Below are positions 35,362 through 46,048 of a DNA stretch of 64,000 nucleotides, piece after piece. Within the stretch, counting starts at the first letter, position 1, and each line of letters starts with the position of its first letter. This DNA is from Podarcis filfolensis. Its lineage: Eukaryota. A model generated the notes under the pieces. It saw only the letters and a list, made by a program, of their open reading frames with translations, was not told the origin of the DNA and made no database searches. The DNA is taken from assembly GCA_964270895.1 (NCBI GenBank), contig OZ185444.1; one strand, 5' to 3'. The translations under genes were made by a program, and so were the position numbers.

Positions 35362-36030
35362 TGCCACATCAACACACTACAATAATCAAGTTTTGAGGTA
35401 GCCAGTGCATGAATCACCACAGCTAGACTATCTTGTCTAACAGTGGCCATAGCTGGTACTAATTGTAGCTGGTGAAAGACACTCTTACCTACTGAGGCTA
35501 CCTGCGCCTCCAGAAATAAAGATGGATCCAGGAGCACCCATAGACTATGCACCTATTTTTTCAGAGGCAGTTCCTCATCCAGAACTGGCAACTGGCCAAT
35601 CTTCTGAACATGGGAACCACAAACCCACAATGCCTGAGTCTTCCAGGGTTCAAGCTCAGCTTACTGGACCTCATCCACTTCACCACCACAGCCAGATAAT
35701 GGTCCATGCACAATCTCTCTTGACTTATGCTGCCATGGATAAGTAGAGCGGTTTATGATTAGTGTACTGATGACACCACAACTCTGCCACTGCCAACCTC
35801 TGAACAAATGCACCCAGTGGCTTCATGTTAAAAAGCAGTGGGGAGAGAATCATACCTGCAGGATATCAAAATAGCCTCCGGATACTACTCTTTGGACATG
35901 ACATGTAAGTAGGAGTGGAACCAGTGTGAAACAGGGTTCCAATACACACCCCAAAGAGCTGGTTCATAGTAAGTGGCATCAAAAGCCACGGAGAGATCAA
36001 ATAGCAGAAGCAGATCCACATTTAGCTTTA
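35362..36030 (-). mobile_element. Older L2 reverse-transcriptase fragment
   Basis: Minus frames SLWVLLDPSLFLEAQVASV...LAVVIHALATSKLDYC and DLLLLFDLSVAFD (cf. LDLSAAFDT). Confidence 0.72.
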
Positions 36031-36039
36031 CACACTTGG

Positions 36040-36041
<2 letters not shown>

Positions 36042-36119
<78 letters not shown>
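36042..36119. repeat. Compound (TA)n(GA)n microsatellite
   Basis: About 21 TA units followed by about 17 GA units. Confidence 0.97.
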
Positions 36120-36125
<6 letters not shown>

Positions 36126-36464
36126 TGGGGTTCTGGGAAAAAGATTTTGGCACTCCCACCTACCACTGCATCCAATGTTTTGACTATATGCAATTTTGGC
36201 TTTAGATGCCAACCCCGGGATGTACCCCTGCCTAAGCTGAGGGCTTGCTGTATCCATCTGGTGCTTTAGAACAGAACACAGGTGGATGGGGATGCGCCTG
36301 TGCCATTGTGTACACTAGCGTGGCATGATCCTTTTGGACTTGTAGCACATTCTCTCTTTATGGCCTCTCCATTCCAGAGACGGCGACCTGATGTTTTCTT
36401 CTGGCAAGTTAAACAAGAAAGTAGAAGTTGGGATCCTTGTGATTTTTTTTATTTTTACACATAG

Positions 36465-36796
36465 GTAAAGGTAAAGGGACCCCTGACCATTAGGTCCAGT
36501 CGTGGCTGACTCTGGGGTTGCGGCGCTCATCTCGCTTTAGTGGCTGAGGGAGCCGGCGTACAGCTTCCAGGTCATGTGGCCAGCATGACTAAGCCGCTTC
36601 TGGCGAACCAGAGCAGCGCACGGAAATGCCATTTACCTTCCCGCCGGAGCGGTACCTATTTATCTACTTGCACTTTGACGTGCTTTCGAACTGCTAGGTG
36701 GGCAGGAGCAGGGACCGAGCAACAGGAGCCCACCCCGTTGCGGGGATTCCAACCGCCGACCTTCTGATCGGCAAGTCCTAGGCTCTGTGGTTTAAC
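36465..36796 (-). mobile_element. Sauria SINE, slightly 5'-truncated
   Basis: Reverse-complement copy starting gtaaaggtaaagggacc. Flanking direct repeat TTTTTACACATAG at 36452-36464 and 36807-36819, with an extra partial ACACATAG at 36799-36806. Confidence 0.9.
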
Positions 36797-37019
36797 GCAC
36801 ACATAGTTTTTACACATAGCTGCCCCTAAATCTAACATCAAATTGCTGCTTGCATTTGTATCCATCCTAAAAAATATTGCAATACGCCGAAGGCGACACA
36901 CAGACACACACACAGATGCATGGACAACTTTTTCTGTTGCCCCACATCGCGAAGGGAGTCCAGCCTGCTCCCTACTCTGGAGGAAAGGAGGCCCATTAAC
37001 TGCCGCGCTGTGGAATAAA

Positions 37020-38300
37020 GCGGAATGCGCCGCAATAAAGGCCATCTGGCACCTCTAACCCCCGAGCCGACGCCCCCCCCCCATTCTGGCGGCGGCGGCG
37101 GCTGCCCTGAGATATCCCGCCCAACTCTGAGGCGAAAAGCAGGCGGGCGGGCGGAAGATCCGCTAGTCTCGGGGAGCGGCTCCTCCTCCGGGCCAAGCCC
37201 GGCCCCTTGCCAGCCCCGACACAGCGAGAAGACACCCCCAGCTCCGAGGGGCTGGCTGAGGAGGGCATGGGGCGAGCCAGGTGGAGGCGAGCCAACCGCG
37301 GCGGCCTCGCTGGCAGGGGGAGCACGGAGAGCGGGCTCCGCTCGGCCCCTCCCAACACACCAGCGCTGGCCGCCAAATGTAGCCCCGAGAAGGAGGAGGA
37401 GGACACCTAAAGGCGGGGGGGGGGAAGGCCTCGGGAGCCTCATGCTTCGCGGGCAGAGCAGCGGCGGGAGACTCGGGCTCCTCTCTCCGACCTCGGCGGA
37501 AGGGAAGAATACCTAGGAGCGGGTCCCTTCCTCAGCCCGCTATCGCGAAGCGGGGCGCCTCCTCCCTCTCCAAATTCCCGCCTCCATGCGCTCTAGTCGC
37601 CGCGGCGGGTGAGGAGGGAAGCCGAGGGGCGCCGCCTTCTCCCCTTCCCCGCCCCTCGTGGGGGTGGGGTGGGGGAAAAGAAGAAAAGGGCCATGGTTGT
37701 GGGGCTGGCCCTGGCCGTCCCCGCCTGAAGGGAGGGTCGCCGAGGCTCCTCCCGCGCGGCTAGAAGTGCCTCCCCGGCGCACACGCCGCGCCAGCAGGAG
37801 ATGGATGGGGTTGAGCTGGATGGCGGCAGCAGCGCAGAAGTGCCTCCTCCTCCTCCGCAAGGCTGCTGCCAGGCGGATGCTGGGGCTCCCGGGGAGCCGG
37901 CCGGCGACCGAGCAGCCGCAGCAGCAAGTGCACAGCCGCCGCCACCGCCAGCAGCAGCAGCAGCCATGGTGGAAGAGCCCGCCGAGGAGGGCTCCGCCGC
38001 TGCCCCCGCTGCCTCGTTCGGCAGCGCCCTCGCCCCCCGCGCAGCAGCAGCAGCCCCTCCGGAGCTGAAGAAGCAGCAGCAGCAAGGGGTCAAGCGGCAC
38101 CACCACAAGCACAACCTGAAGCATCGCTACGAGCTGCAGGAGACGCTGGGCAAAGGCACCTACGGCAAAGTCAAGAGGGCCATCGAGAGGTTTTCCGGCA
38201 GAGTGGTAAGGACTGCGGAAGGCGGGGGCTGTTGGAGATGCTCCGGATGGAGAGATGTCATGGGGGCGGCGGCGGCGGCGGAGCTGCTGTGCATTGCACT
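37020..38300 (+). promoter_or_regulatory. NUAK1: CpG island, NUAK1 promoter, 5' UTR and exon 1
   Basis: Very GC- and CpG-rich 1.3 kb with GGGCGG boxes (about 37142-37153) and GCN triplet runs around the coding exon. Confidence 0.8.
37801..38205 (+). CDS. NUAK1: NUAK family kinase 1 (ARK5) coding exon 1; start at 37801 or the in-frame ATG at 37966
   Basis: Reads [40 protein letters not shown], the NUAK1 kinase N-lobe with glycine-rich loop. Phase-0 donor GTG|GTAAGG at 38206. No exon 2 (VAIKSIRKDKIKDEQD...) found by eye in the rest of the window. Confidence 0.95.
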
Positions 38301-38409
38301 CATTCCTGAGCTTTTCCCTTCATGGCGTGTCCGGCCTCACAACTTGGGACCTGAATCCCCCCCCCGCCCTTCAACTTTTTCTAACTTTTGCTTTCTAGAG
38401 CTCCCACTG

Positions 38410-38410
38410 T

Positions 38411-38445
<35 letters not shown>
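38410..38445. repeat. (GT)n microsatellite
   Basis: About 17 units in NUAK1 intron 1, repeated at 41947-41992. Confidence 0.95.
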
Positions 38446-38446
<1 letters not shown>

Positions 38447-41400
38447 TTGATGTAGATCTCCCCGCCACGCCGTTATGCGATTCAAGAGTTATTCGGGGTG
38501 TGTTTGTGAAGTCTGATTTCTCCCAAAGTATTTGCACCTAGAACTTTATCCTCACTCTCTTAAATCGTAACTGTCAGGTGCAGACCAGTTAGGAAATTTT
38601 TAGTATTGTTTGTAAATGGGTATTCCCCTCCCCTCCAAATTGATCATTCCTTTTACTGTTCTTTCAAAGTGTGGGCATACAAAGTTCCCTGGACTGTATT
38701 GTGTTTTCTAGTAAGCTAAACAGAAAATGCTATTCAGCTTAGAGTTCCTTTAAACCAAAACACTTCATTGCTGGTTTTTATGACCTGAACTTTACTGACC
38801 TCTTTAAACAAACACATTGATGCTGCTACTCTACCTCAGTGAGCTTTAGAGTCCACTTGGCTCATCTGTGTCTGCCGGCTAACAGCTTAAACACAGCTGT
38901 CCCGATGTGGCATTGTACTGTAACTCCAGCCCAACTTTTTTGTTCTTCTGTCACAGGAGATCTCATGGGCAGATGGGAAATGCTTGTGCAATAAAGCTAG
39001 AAGCATTGCTATTTTCTGCATTGCCATTTAATATCTATTAGTGGACCTGTGTTCCAGCTCATGTGGGTTGGTTCTGTATTTGAGTCAGCTATGCCTATAC
39101 AGACATTTTTCTGAAGCATTCCAGGCAGACTGCAGCTTTTCAGCAGTCTGATTTGTGAGTGAAAAAAAAAGTTCTAATACAGTATGAAAATTATACTTAA
39201 ATGATTTTATATGCAGATAAGCTTGTGTTATGTATTCTTCTTCCATTTTGTTAAATTGTTAAGAGGACAGCTAAACAAAGCAGAGATGAATGCAAATGCT
39301 GACTTTAAATGCATGATATAAGCACTGAGTCATATTACATGCATCTAGGTTAAGTTATAGATTTTTTTACATCATTTTTACATTATCCATCTAAATTTAT
39401 TATTTTTAAAAGAATGCTTTTGATTCTTTTTAAATTTGCTTTGAAACAGAGATGTAACTTTGTAGCCTCTTTGGAAACCAGCATTGCTATTTATAATCTC
39501 TATTTATTTTAAGATTAAAATGCTAGGCTTAATTTTACATTGTTCCAACAAACTGACTAGCTCAGGATAGTGTTTACTTGTATTAAATATGGCAAAGTGC
39601 TTTTCTTTTCTCATCTCTAAAAGCACATACATATTTCTGTAGGGTCTACCACTACAAGGAATTATAACTGGTTGCTATGACTCCATGCCAGGTGTACATT
39701 GACTTCTTGAACTGTTTCTGTTCCTTTTCTCCAAGCTCTTAAAATGCAGAACTTCAGTTTTTCACTTTATACGTTAGGGGAGAATGTTGTGGAAAAGGTC
39801 TGGGCCAGCAGAGGCACAGGAGTTCATTTAGCTTCTCCTTTGCTTTCTTTGCTCTGTTTCTGTTCTCCTTAGTCATCAGCATTTATGGCATCATTAAAAA
39901 GCTCTGAATAGACTCTGTACTGTGACCAGCAGAGGGGGTTCTTGAAGCAAAGTGACTGGCATATTTCCTATCATGACTTCACAGCAAATTGTCAAATAAA
40001 GAGGAGCTAAGTATTAGAAATCCCAGGTCACACTCCCACCTATGTCATTTGCTTGCTGTCAAATTACTGGGTTAGGTAACCTTTTCCTACACAGCAGCAT
40101 GTAAATATTTGGAACCATATGGCAACAGCTTGCAGCCTAGAAACAACTTTAGTACTCTGCCCTCTCAAAGTTATATATATACCTTCCTTGAGTATATATT
40201 TTAACCAAGTGAAATTTAGGTATAGCGCATACTATTAGGTGTTCTTGACTGATTAGTCAGATATTGACATATAAAGTGTGAGGCATTGAATTTTCTTTGG
40301 CTTCTGGGGCAGATATTGTGAAATCTTCAGGGTTGACAGATGGATTGTGATCTGAACCTGATATGAATCTGAAGGATTTTCACCAGTGTCCATGAAGCTA
40401 TGCTAATATGAAGCCTACATAATGACATATTCTCCATTATATTTTCATAGTGCAGGGCTTTAAATTGCATTGTCTTACAAAGAAGTGTTTTTGAATCTAG
40501 CATTATAACTTGCATGCACTAGAAGCTTCTATTTTCCCCCTCCTCAATATATACACATCAGGCTTGGGAAAATCCCAGATGCCACAATGTACAACTTAAA
40601 AAAATAAGTATTAGTAGTATCTAGGAGTTTGACATATTTTTTCAACTCTGTAAAGGGCTATTGCCAAAAAAATGATTTTTTAAAGAAACCTGAAGTACTT
40701 TTCCAGCCTTAGCTTATTAGATGGAATATAGATTAGTTATATTTAGTTTGTTGTTGGCAACAACTTGTTATTTAAACATGTTTACTCAATAATACAACAG
40801 CTAGAGACTGGGCTGTGTAATGCATGAAATATAAGAGCACAACCACCCTGTACAAGGGCAGCCAACTTTCCAAACATTTGTTGGGAGATGTTACATGCAA
40901 ATGGCTGTAAGTACTAGGATAAAAAGATGACAGAAGTTTGCAAAGTAGAGTGTATTTTGAAAGTTTTGTGGGAGTTCCATCTAGTTGCTCAGATGTAGTC
41001 AAACAAAACTTTTTTTTAATACTGCAGTCTGACTTGAATAAGATATAAGCAAAATTAAGCAAACATATTCAATGTGAAGCATATGAGAGATACACAAAGA
41101 AAGGAAGAGTTGGAATGGTGCTTGTGGAGAACCTCTATGACACTGTTGCACCTTATTGCCTGTAGAAACAGACAGATGTACATGCTTGGTCATCACAATC
41201 AAAAAGGGGTGTGGGCTGATGAAGGTGCTGTAATAACAACAAAGTTACATAGTAGGAACAAAGCATAGTCTATACAGTCATACCTCTTTTTACTTTCGGT
41301 TCAGGTTACGTCTTTTCAGGTTGCGTCCCGCGGCGACCCGGAAGTAACGGAACAGGTTACTTCCGGGTTTCGCTGCTCGTGCATGCGCAGACGCTCAGAA

Positions 41401-41743
41401 TGATGTCACACGCATGCGCAGAAGCAGCAAATCACGACCCGCACAGACGCGGGTTGCGTTCTGCTCATGATGCGAACGGGGCTCCGGAACGGATCCCATT
41501 CGCAAGCAGAGGTACCACTGTACTGTATATTGGTTTTGGAAGTAGATGCAGCATTCCAGTTACAAAGGAACAGCATATTGATCATATATAATGTTTCATG
41601 TGTGTCCTGAGTTACTCCATGATCTAACTCTCCTTTTCTCACACAGTCATGTTCACGGTCTCTCATGTATCTCAGGTCTTCATCAACTTACAGTGCAATC
41701 CTATGCAAGTTTACTCAGAAGTAAGCATAATTTAGTCCAATGA
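38446..41743 (+). repeat. First copy of a ~3.3-kb near-identical direct duplication
   Basis: Matches 41993-45290 at a constant offset of 3547. The ORF track repeats identically (e.g. 40327/43874, 40772/44319). Confidence 0.97.
41275..41520. mobile_element. Tigger/pogo-like MITE, third subfamily (repeated at 44822-45067 inside the duplication)
   Basis: TA-CAGTCATACCTCT...AGAGGTACCACTG-TA, with a CpG-rich interior. Confidence 0.82.
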
Positions 41744-41943
41744 NNNNNNNNNNNNNNNNNNNNNNNNNNNNNNNNNNNNNNNNNNNNNNNNNNNNNNNNN
41801 NNNNNNNNNNNNNNNNNNNNNNNNNNNNNNNNNNNNNNNNNNNNNNNNNNNNNNNNNNNNNNNNNNNNNNNNNNNNNNNNNNNNNNNNNNNNNNNNNNNN
41901 NNNNNNNNNNNNNNNNNNNNNNNNNNNNNNNNNNNNNNNNNNN
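41744..41943. other. Assembly gap, 200 N
   Basis: Run of exactly 200 N. Confidence 1.
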
Positions 41944-41957
41944 ACTGTGTGGTGTGT

Positions 41958-41992
<35 letters not shown>

Positions 41993-41993
<1 letters not shown>

Positions 41994-44900
41994 TTGATGT
42001 AGATCTCCCCGCCACGCCGTTATGCGATTCAAGAGTTATTCGGGGTGTGTTTGTGAAGTCTGATTTCTCCCAAAGTATTTGCACCTAGAACTTTATCCTC
42101 ACTCTCTTAAATCGTAACTGTCAGGTGCAGACCAGTTAGGAAATTTTTAGTATTGTTTGTAAATGGGCATTCCCCTCCCCTCCAAATTGATCATTCCTTT
42201 TACTGTTCTTTCAAAGTGTGGGCATACAAAGTTCCCTGGACTGTATTGTGTTTTCTAGTAAGCTAAACAGAAAATGCTATTCAGCTTAGAGTTCCTTTAA
42301 ACCAAAACACTTCATTGCTGGTTTTTATGACCTGAACTTTACTGACCTCTTTAAACAAACACATTGATGCTGCTACTCTACCTCAGTGAGCTTTAGAGTC
42401 CACTTGGCTCATCTGTGTCTGCCGGCTAACAGCTTAAACACAGCTGTCCCGATGTGGCATTGTACTGTAACTCCAGCCCAACTTTTTTGTTCTTCTGTCA
42501 CAGGAGATCTCATGGGCAGATGGGAAATGCTTGTGCAATAAAGCTAGAAGCATTGCTATTTTCTGCATTGCCATTTAATACCTATTAGTGGACCTGTGTT
42601 CCAGCTCATGTGGGTTGGTTCTGTATTTGAGTCAGCTATGCCTATACAGACATTTTTCTGAAGCATTCCAGGCAGACTGCAGCTTTTCAGCAGTCTGATT
42701 TGTGAGTGAAAAAAAAAGTTCTAATACAGTATGAAAATTATACTTAAATGATTTTATATGCAGATAAGCTTGTGTTATGTATTCTTCTTCCATTTTGTTA
42801 AATTGTTAAGAGGACAGCTAAACAAAGCAGAGATGAATGCAAATGCTGACTTTAAATGCATGATATAAGCACTGAGTCATATTACATGCATCTAGGTTAA
42901 GTTATAGATTTTTTTACATCATTTTTACATTATCCATCTAAATTTATTATTTTTAAAAGAATGCTTTTGATTCTTTTTAAATTTGCTTTGAAACAGAGAT
43001 GTAACTTTGTAGCCTCTTTGGAAACCAGCATTGCTATTTATAATCTCTATTTATTTTAAGATTAAAATGCTAGGCTTAATTTTACATTGTTCCAACAAAC
43101 TGACTAGCTCAGGATAGTGTTTACTTGTATTAAATATGGCAAAGTGCTTTTCTTTTCTCATCTCTAAAAGCACATACATATTTCTGTAGGGTCTACCACT
43201 ACAAGGAATTATAACTGGTTGCTATGACTCCATGCCAGGTGTACATTGACTTCTTGAACTGTTTCTGTTCCTTTTCTCCAAGCTCTTAAAATGCAGAACT
43301 TCAGTTTTTCACTTTATACGTTAGGGGAGAATGTTGTGGAAAAGGTCTGGGCCAGCAGAGGCACAGGAGTTCATTTAGCTTCTCCTTTGCTTTCTTTGCT
43401 CTGTTTCTGTTCTCCTTAGTCATCAGCATTTATGGCATCATTAAAAAGCTCTGAATAGACTCTGTACTGTGACCAGCAGAGGGGGTTCTTGAAGCAAAGT
43501 GACTGGCATATTTCCTATCATGACTTCACAGCAAATTGTCAAATAAAGAGGAGCTAAGTATTAGAAATCCCAGGTCACACTCCCACCTATGTCATTTGCT
43601 TGCTGTCAAATTACTGGGTTAGGTAACCTTTTCCTACACAGCAGCATGTAAATATTTGGAACCATATGGCAACAGCTTGCAGCCTAGAAACAACTTTAGT
43701 ACTCTGCCCTCTCAAAGTTATATATATACCTTCCTTGAGTATATATTTTAACCAAGTGAAATTTAGGTATAGCGCATACTATTAGGTGTTCTTGACTGAT
43801 TAGTCAGATATTGACATATAAAGTGTGAGGCATTGAATTTTCTTTGGCTTCTGGGGCAGATATTGTGAAATCTTCAGGGTTGACAGATGGATTGTGATCT
43901 GAACCTGATATGAATCTGAAGGATTTTCACCAGTGTCCATGAAGCTATGCTAATATGAAGCCTACATAATGACATATTCTCCATTATATTTTCATAGTGC
44001 AGGGCTTTAAATTGCATTGTCTTACAAAGAAGTGTTTTTGAATCTAGCATTATAACTTGCATGCACTAGAAGCTTCTATTTTCCCCCTCCTCAATATATA
44101 CACATCAGGCTTGGGAAAATCCCAGATGCCACAATGTACAACTTAAAAAAATAAGTATTAGTAGTATCTAGGAGTTTGACATATTTTTTCAACTCTGTAA
44201 AGGGCTATTGCCAAAAAAATGATTTTTTAAAGAAACCTGAAGTACTTTTCCAGCCTTAGCTTATTAGATGGAATATAGATTAGTTATATTTAGTTTGTTG
44301 TTGGCAACAACTTGTTATTTAAACATGTTTACTCAATAATACAACAGCTAGAGACTGGGCTGTGTAATGCATGAAATATAAGAGCACAACCACCCTGTAC
44401 AAGGGCAGCCAACTTTCCAAACATTTGTTGGGAGATGTTACATGCAAATGGCTGTAAGTACTAGGATAAAAAGATGACAGAAGTTTGCAAAGTAGAGTGT
44501 ATTTTGAAAGTTTTGTGGGAGTTCCATCTAGTTGCTCAGATGTAGTCAAACAAAACTTTTTTTTAATACTGCAGTCTGACTTGAATAAGATATAAGCAAA
44601 ATTAAGCAAACATATTCAATGTGAAGCATATGAGAGATACACAAAGAAAGGAAGAGTTGGAATGGTGCTTGTGGAGAACCTCTATGACACTGTTGCACCT
44701 TATTGCCTGTAGAAACAGACAGATGTACATGCTTGGTCATCACAATCAAAAAGGGGTGTGGGCTGATGAAGGTGCTGTAATAACAACAAAGTTACATAGT
44801 AGGAACAAAGCATAGTCTATACAGTCATACCTCTTTTTACTTTCGGTTCAGGTTACGTCTTTTCAGGTTGCGTCCCGCGGCGACCCGGAAGTAACGGAAC

Positions 44901-45290
44901 AGGTTACTTCCGGGTTTCGCTGCTCGTGCATGCGCAGACGCTCAGAATGATGTCACACGCATGCGCAGAAGCAGCAAATCACGACCCGCACAGACGCGGG
45001 TTGCGTTCTGCTCATGATGCGAACGGGGCTCCGGAACGGATCCCATTCGCAAGCAGAGGTACCACTGTACTGTATATTGGTTTTGGAAGTAGATGCAGCA
45101 TTCCAGTTACAAAGGAACAGCATATTGATCATATATAATGTTTCATGTGTGTCCTGAGTTACTCCATGATCTAACTCTCCTTTTCTCACACAGTCATGTT
45201 CACGGTCTCTCATGTATCTCAGGTCTTCATCAACTTACAGTGCAATCCTATGCAAGTTTACTCAGAAGTAAGCATAATTTAGTCCAATGA
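41993..45290 (+). repeat. Second copy of the ~3.3-kb duplication
   Basis: Begins after an irregular GT repeat at the contig edge. I spotted only two differences, T38621/C42168 and T39034/C42581. Confidence 0.97.
44822..45067. mobile_element. Duplicate copy of the MITE at 41275-41520
   Basis: Same sequence at offset +3547. Confidence 0.82.
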
Positions 45291-45985
45291 GACTTATTCC
45301 TAGGTAAGCGTATAAAGGGTTACAGCCTAATTAATGTGTTGTGGTTTTTTTTACCAGGTTAGTGGGAGCTTTTCTTACTTGTCTGGTCTGTTCTGATAGC
45401 CAGCACTGAAATATATTTATATTTCATACGTGGTGAGACAGAGTTGGATGATTCCAAGTTCACTATAAAAAGTGTGTCCCCAATTATAAATTCTATTAAA
45501 ACCAATGATGGCTGCCCACTGGGGCTGTAGGGTAAGGGCCAGGGCAGCTAGCAGCAGGTGGTGTCAAGCAGCAGAGGAAGCAACATCAGGTTGCCAGGAA
45601 TGGATAAGACAAGGAAAGTTCTTAGCATCTGCTTTTTATTCAATATTTTCAGAGAGAGGCTTGGAATGCAGCTTCTTGGAATAATGGCCTTGTTCCGTGT
45701 GACTCTCCACCCCCTTTTTCTCCCACTTCCTCAATCGTCATTATCTTCTCTATAGGTGGCACTGAGGGCCCTTTGCTTCTGAGCCCTTTGCTCTACTACT
45801 TTCAAGGCTCACTAGGTTCTGGGAGGAGGGGGTCTGAAATGCTTTCTAAAGACACTGTGTCTGTCAGCTGTTGCCCTCCTGCTGCTTCCTCTTCCTCCTC
45901 CTCCTCTCCCATTATTTCCCAGCTTTCCTCCTCGTCTGCCTCTGAGCTGTGACCTCCCTCAAACCCCTCTTGTAATTCTGAACTG

Positions 45986-46048
45986 TCTTCTTCTTCTTCT
46001 TCTTCTTCTTCTTCTTCTTCTTCTTCTTCTTCTTCTTCTTCTTCTTCT
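45986..46048. repeat. (CTT)n microsatellite
   Basis: About 21 uninterrupted units. Confidence 0.97.

Noticed and set aside
36838-38124. Antisense and alternative-frame ORFs of 136-201 aa over the NUAK1 promoter
   Set aside because: Low-complexity GC-rich translations with no homology I recognise.
38206-38541. ORF continuation after NUAK1 exon 1, including a VCVCVC run
   Set aside because: Intronic read-through across a GT microsatellite with no kinase similarity.
38446-45290. Real segmental duplication of a NUAK1 regulatory region
   Set aside because: The breakpoints coincide with the assembly gap and identity is allele-like, so an artefact is more parsimonious (kept as a finding).
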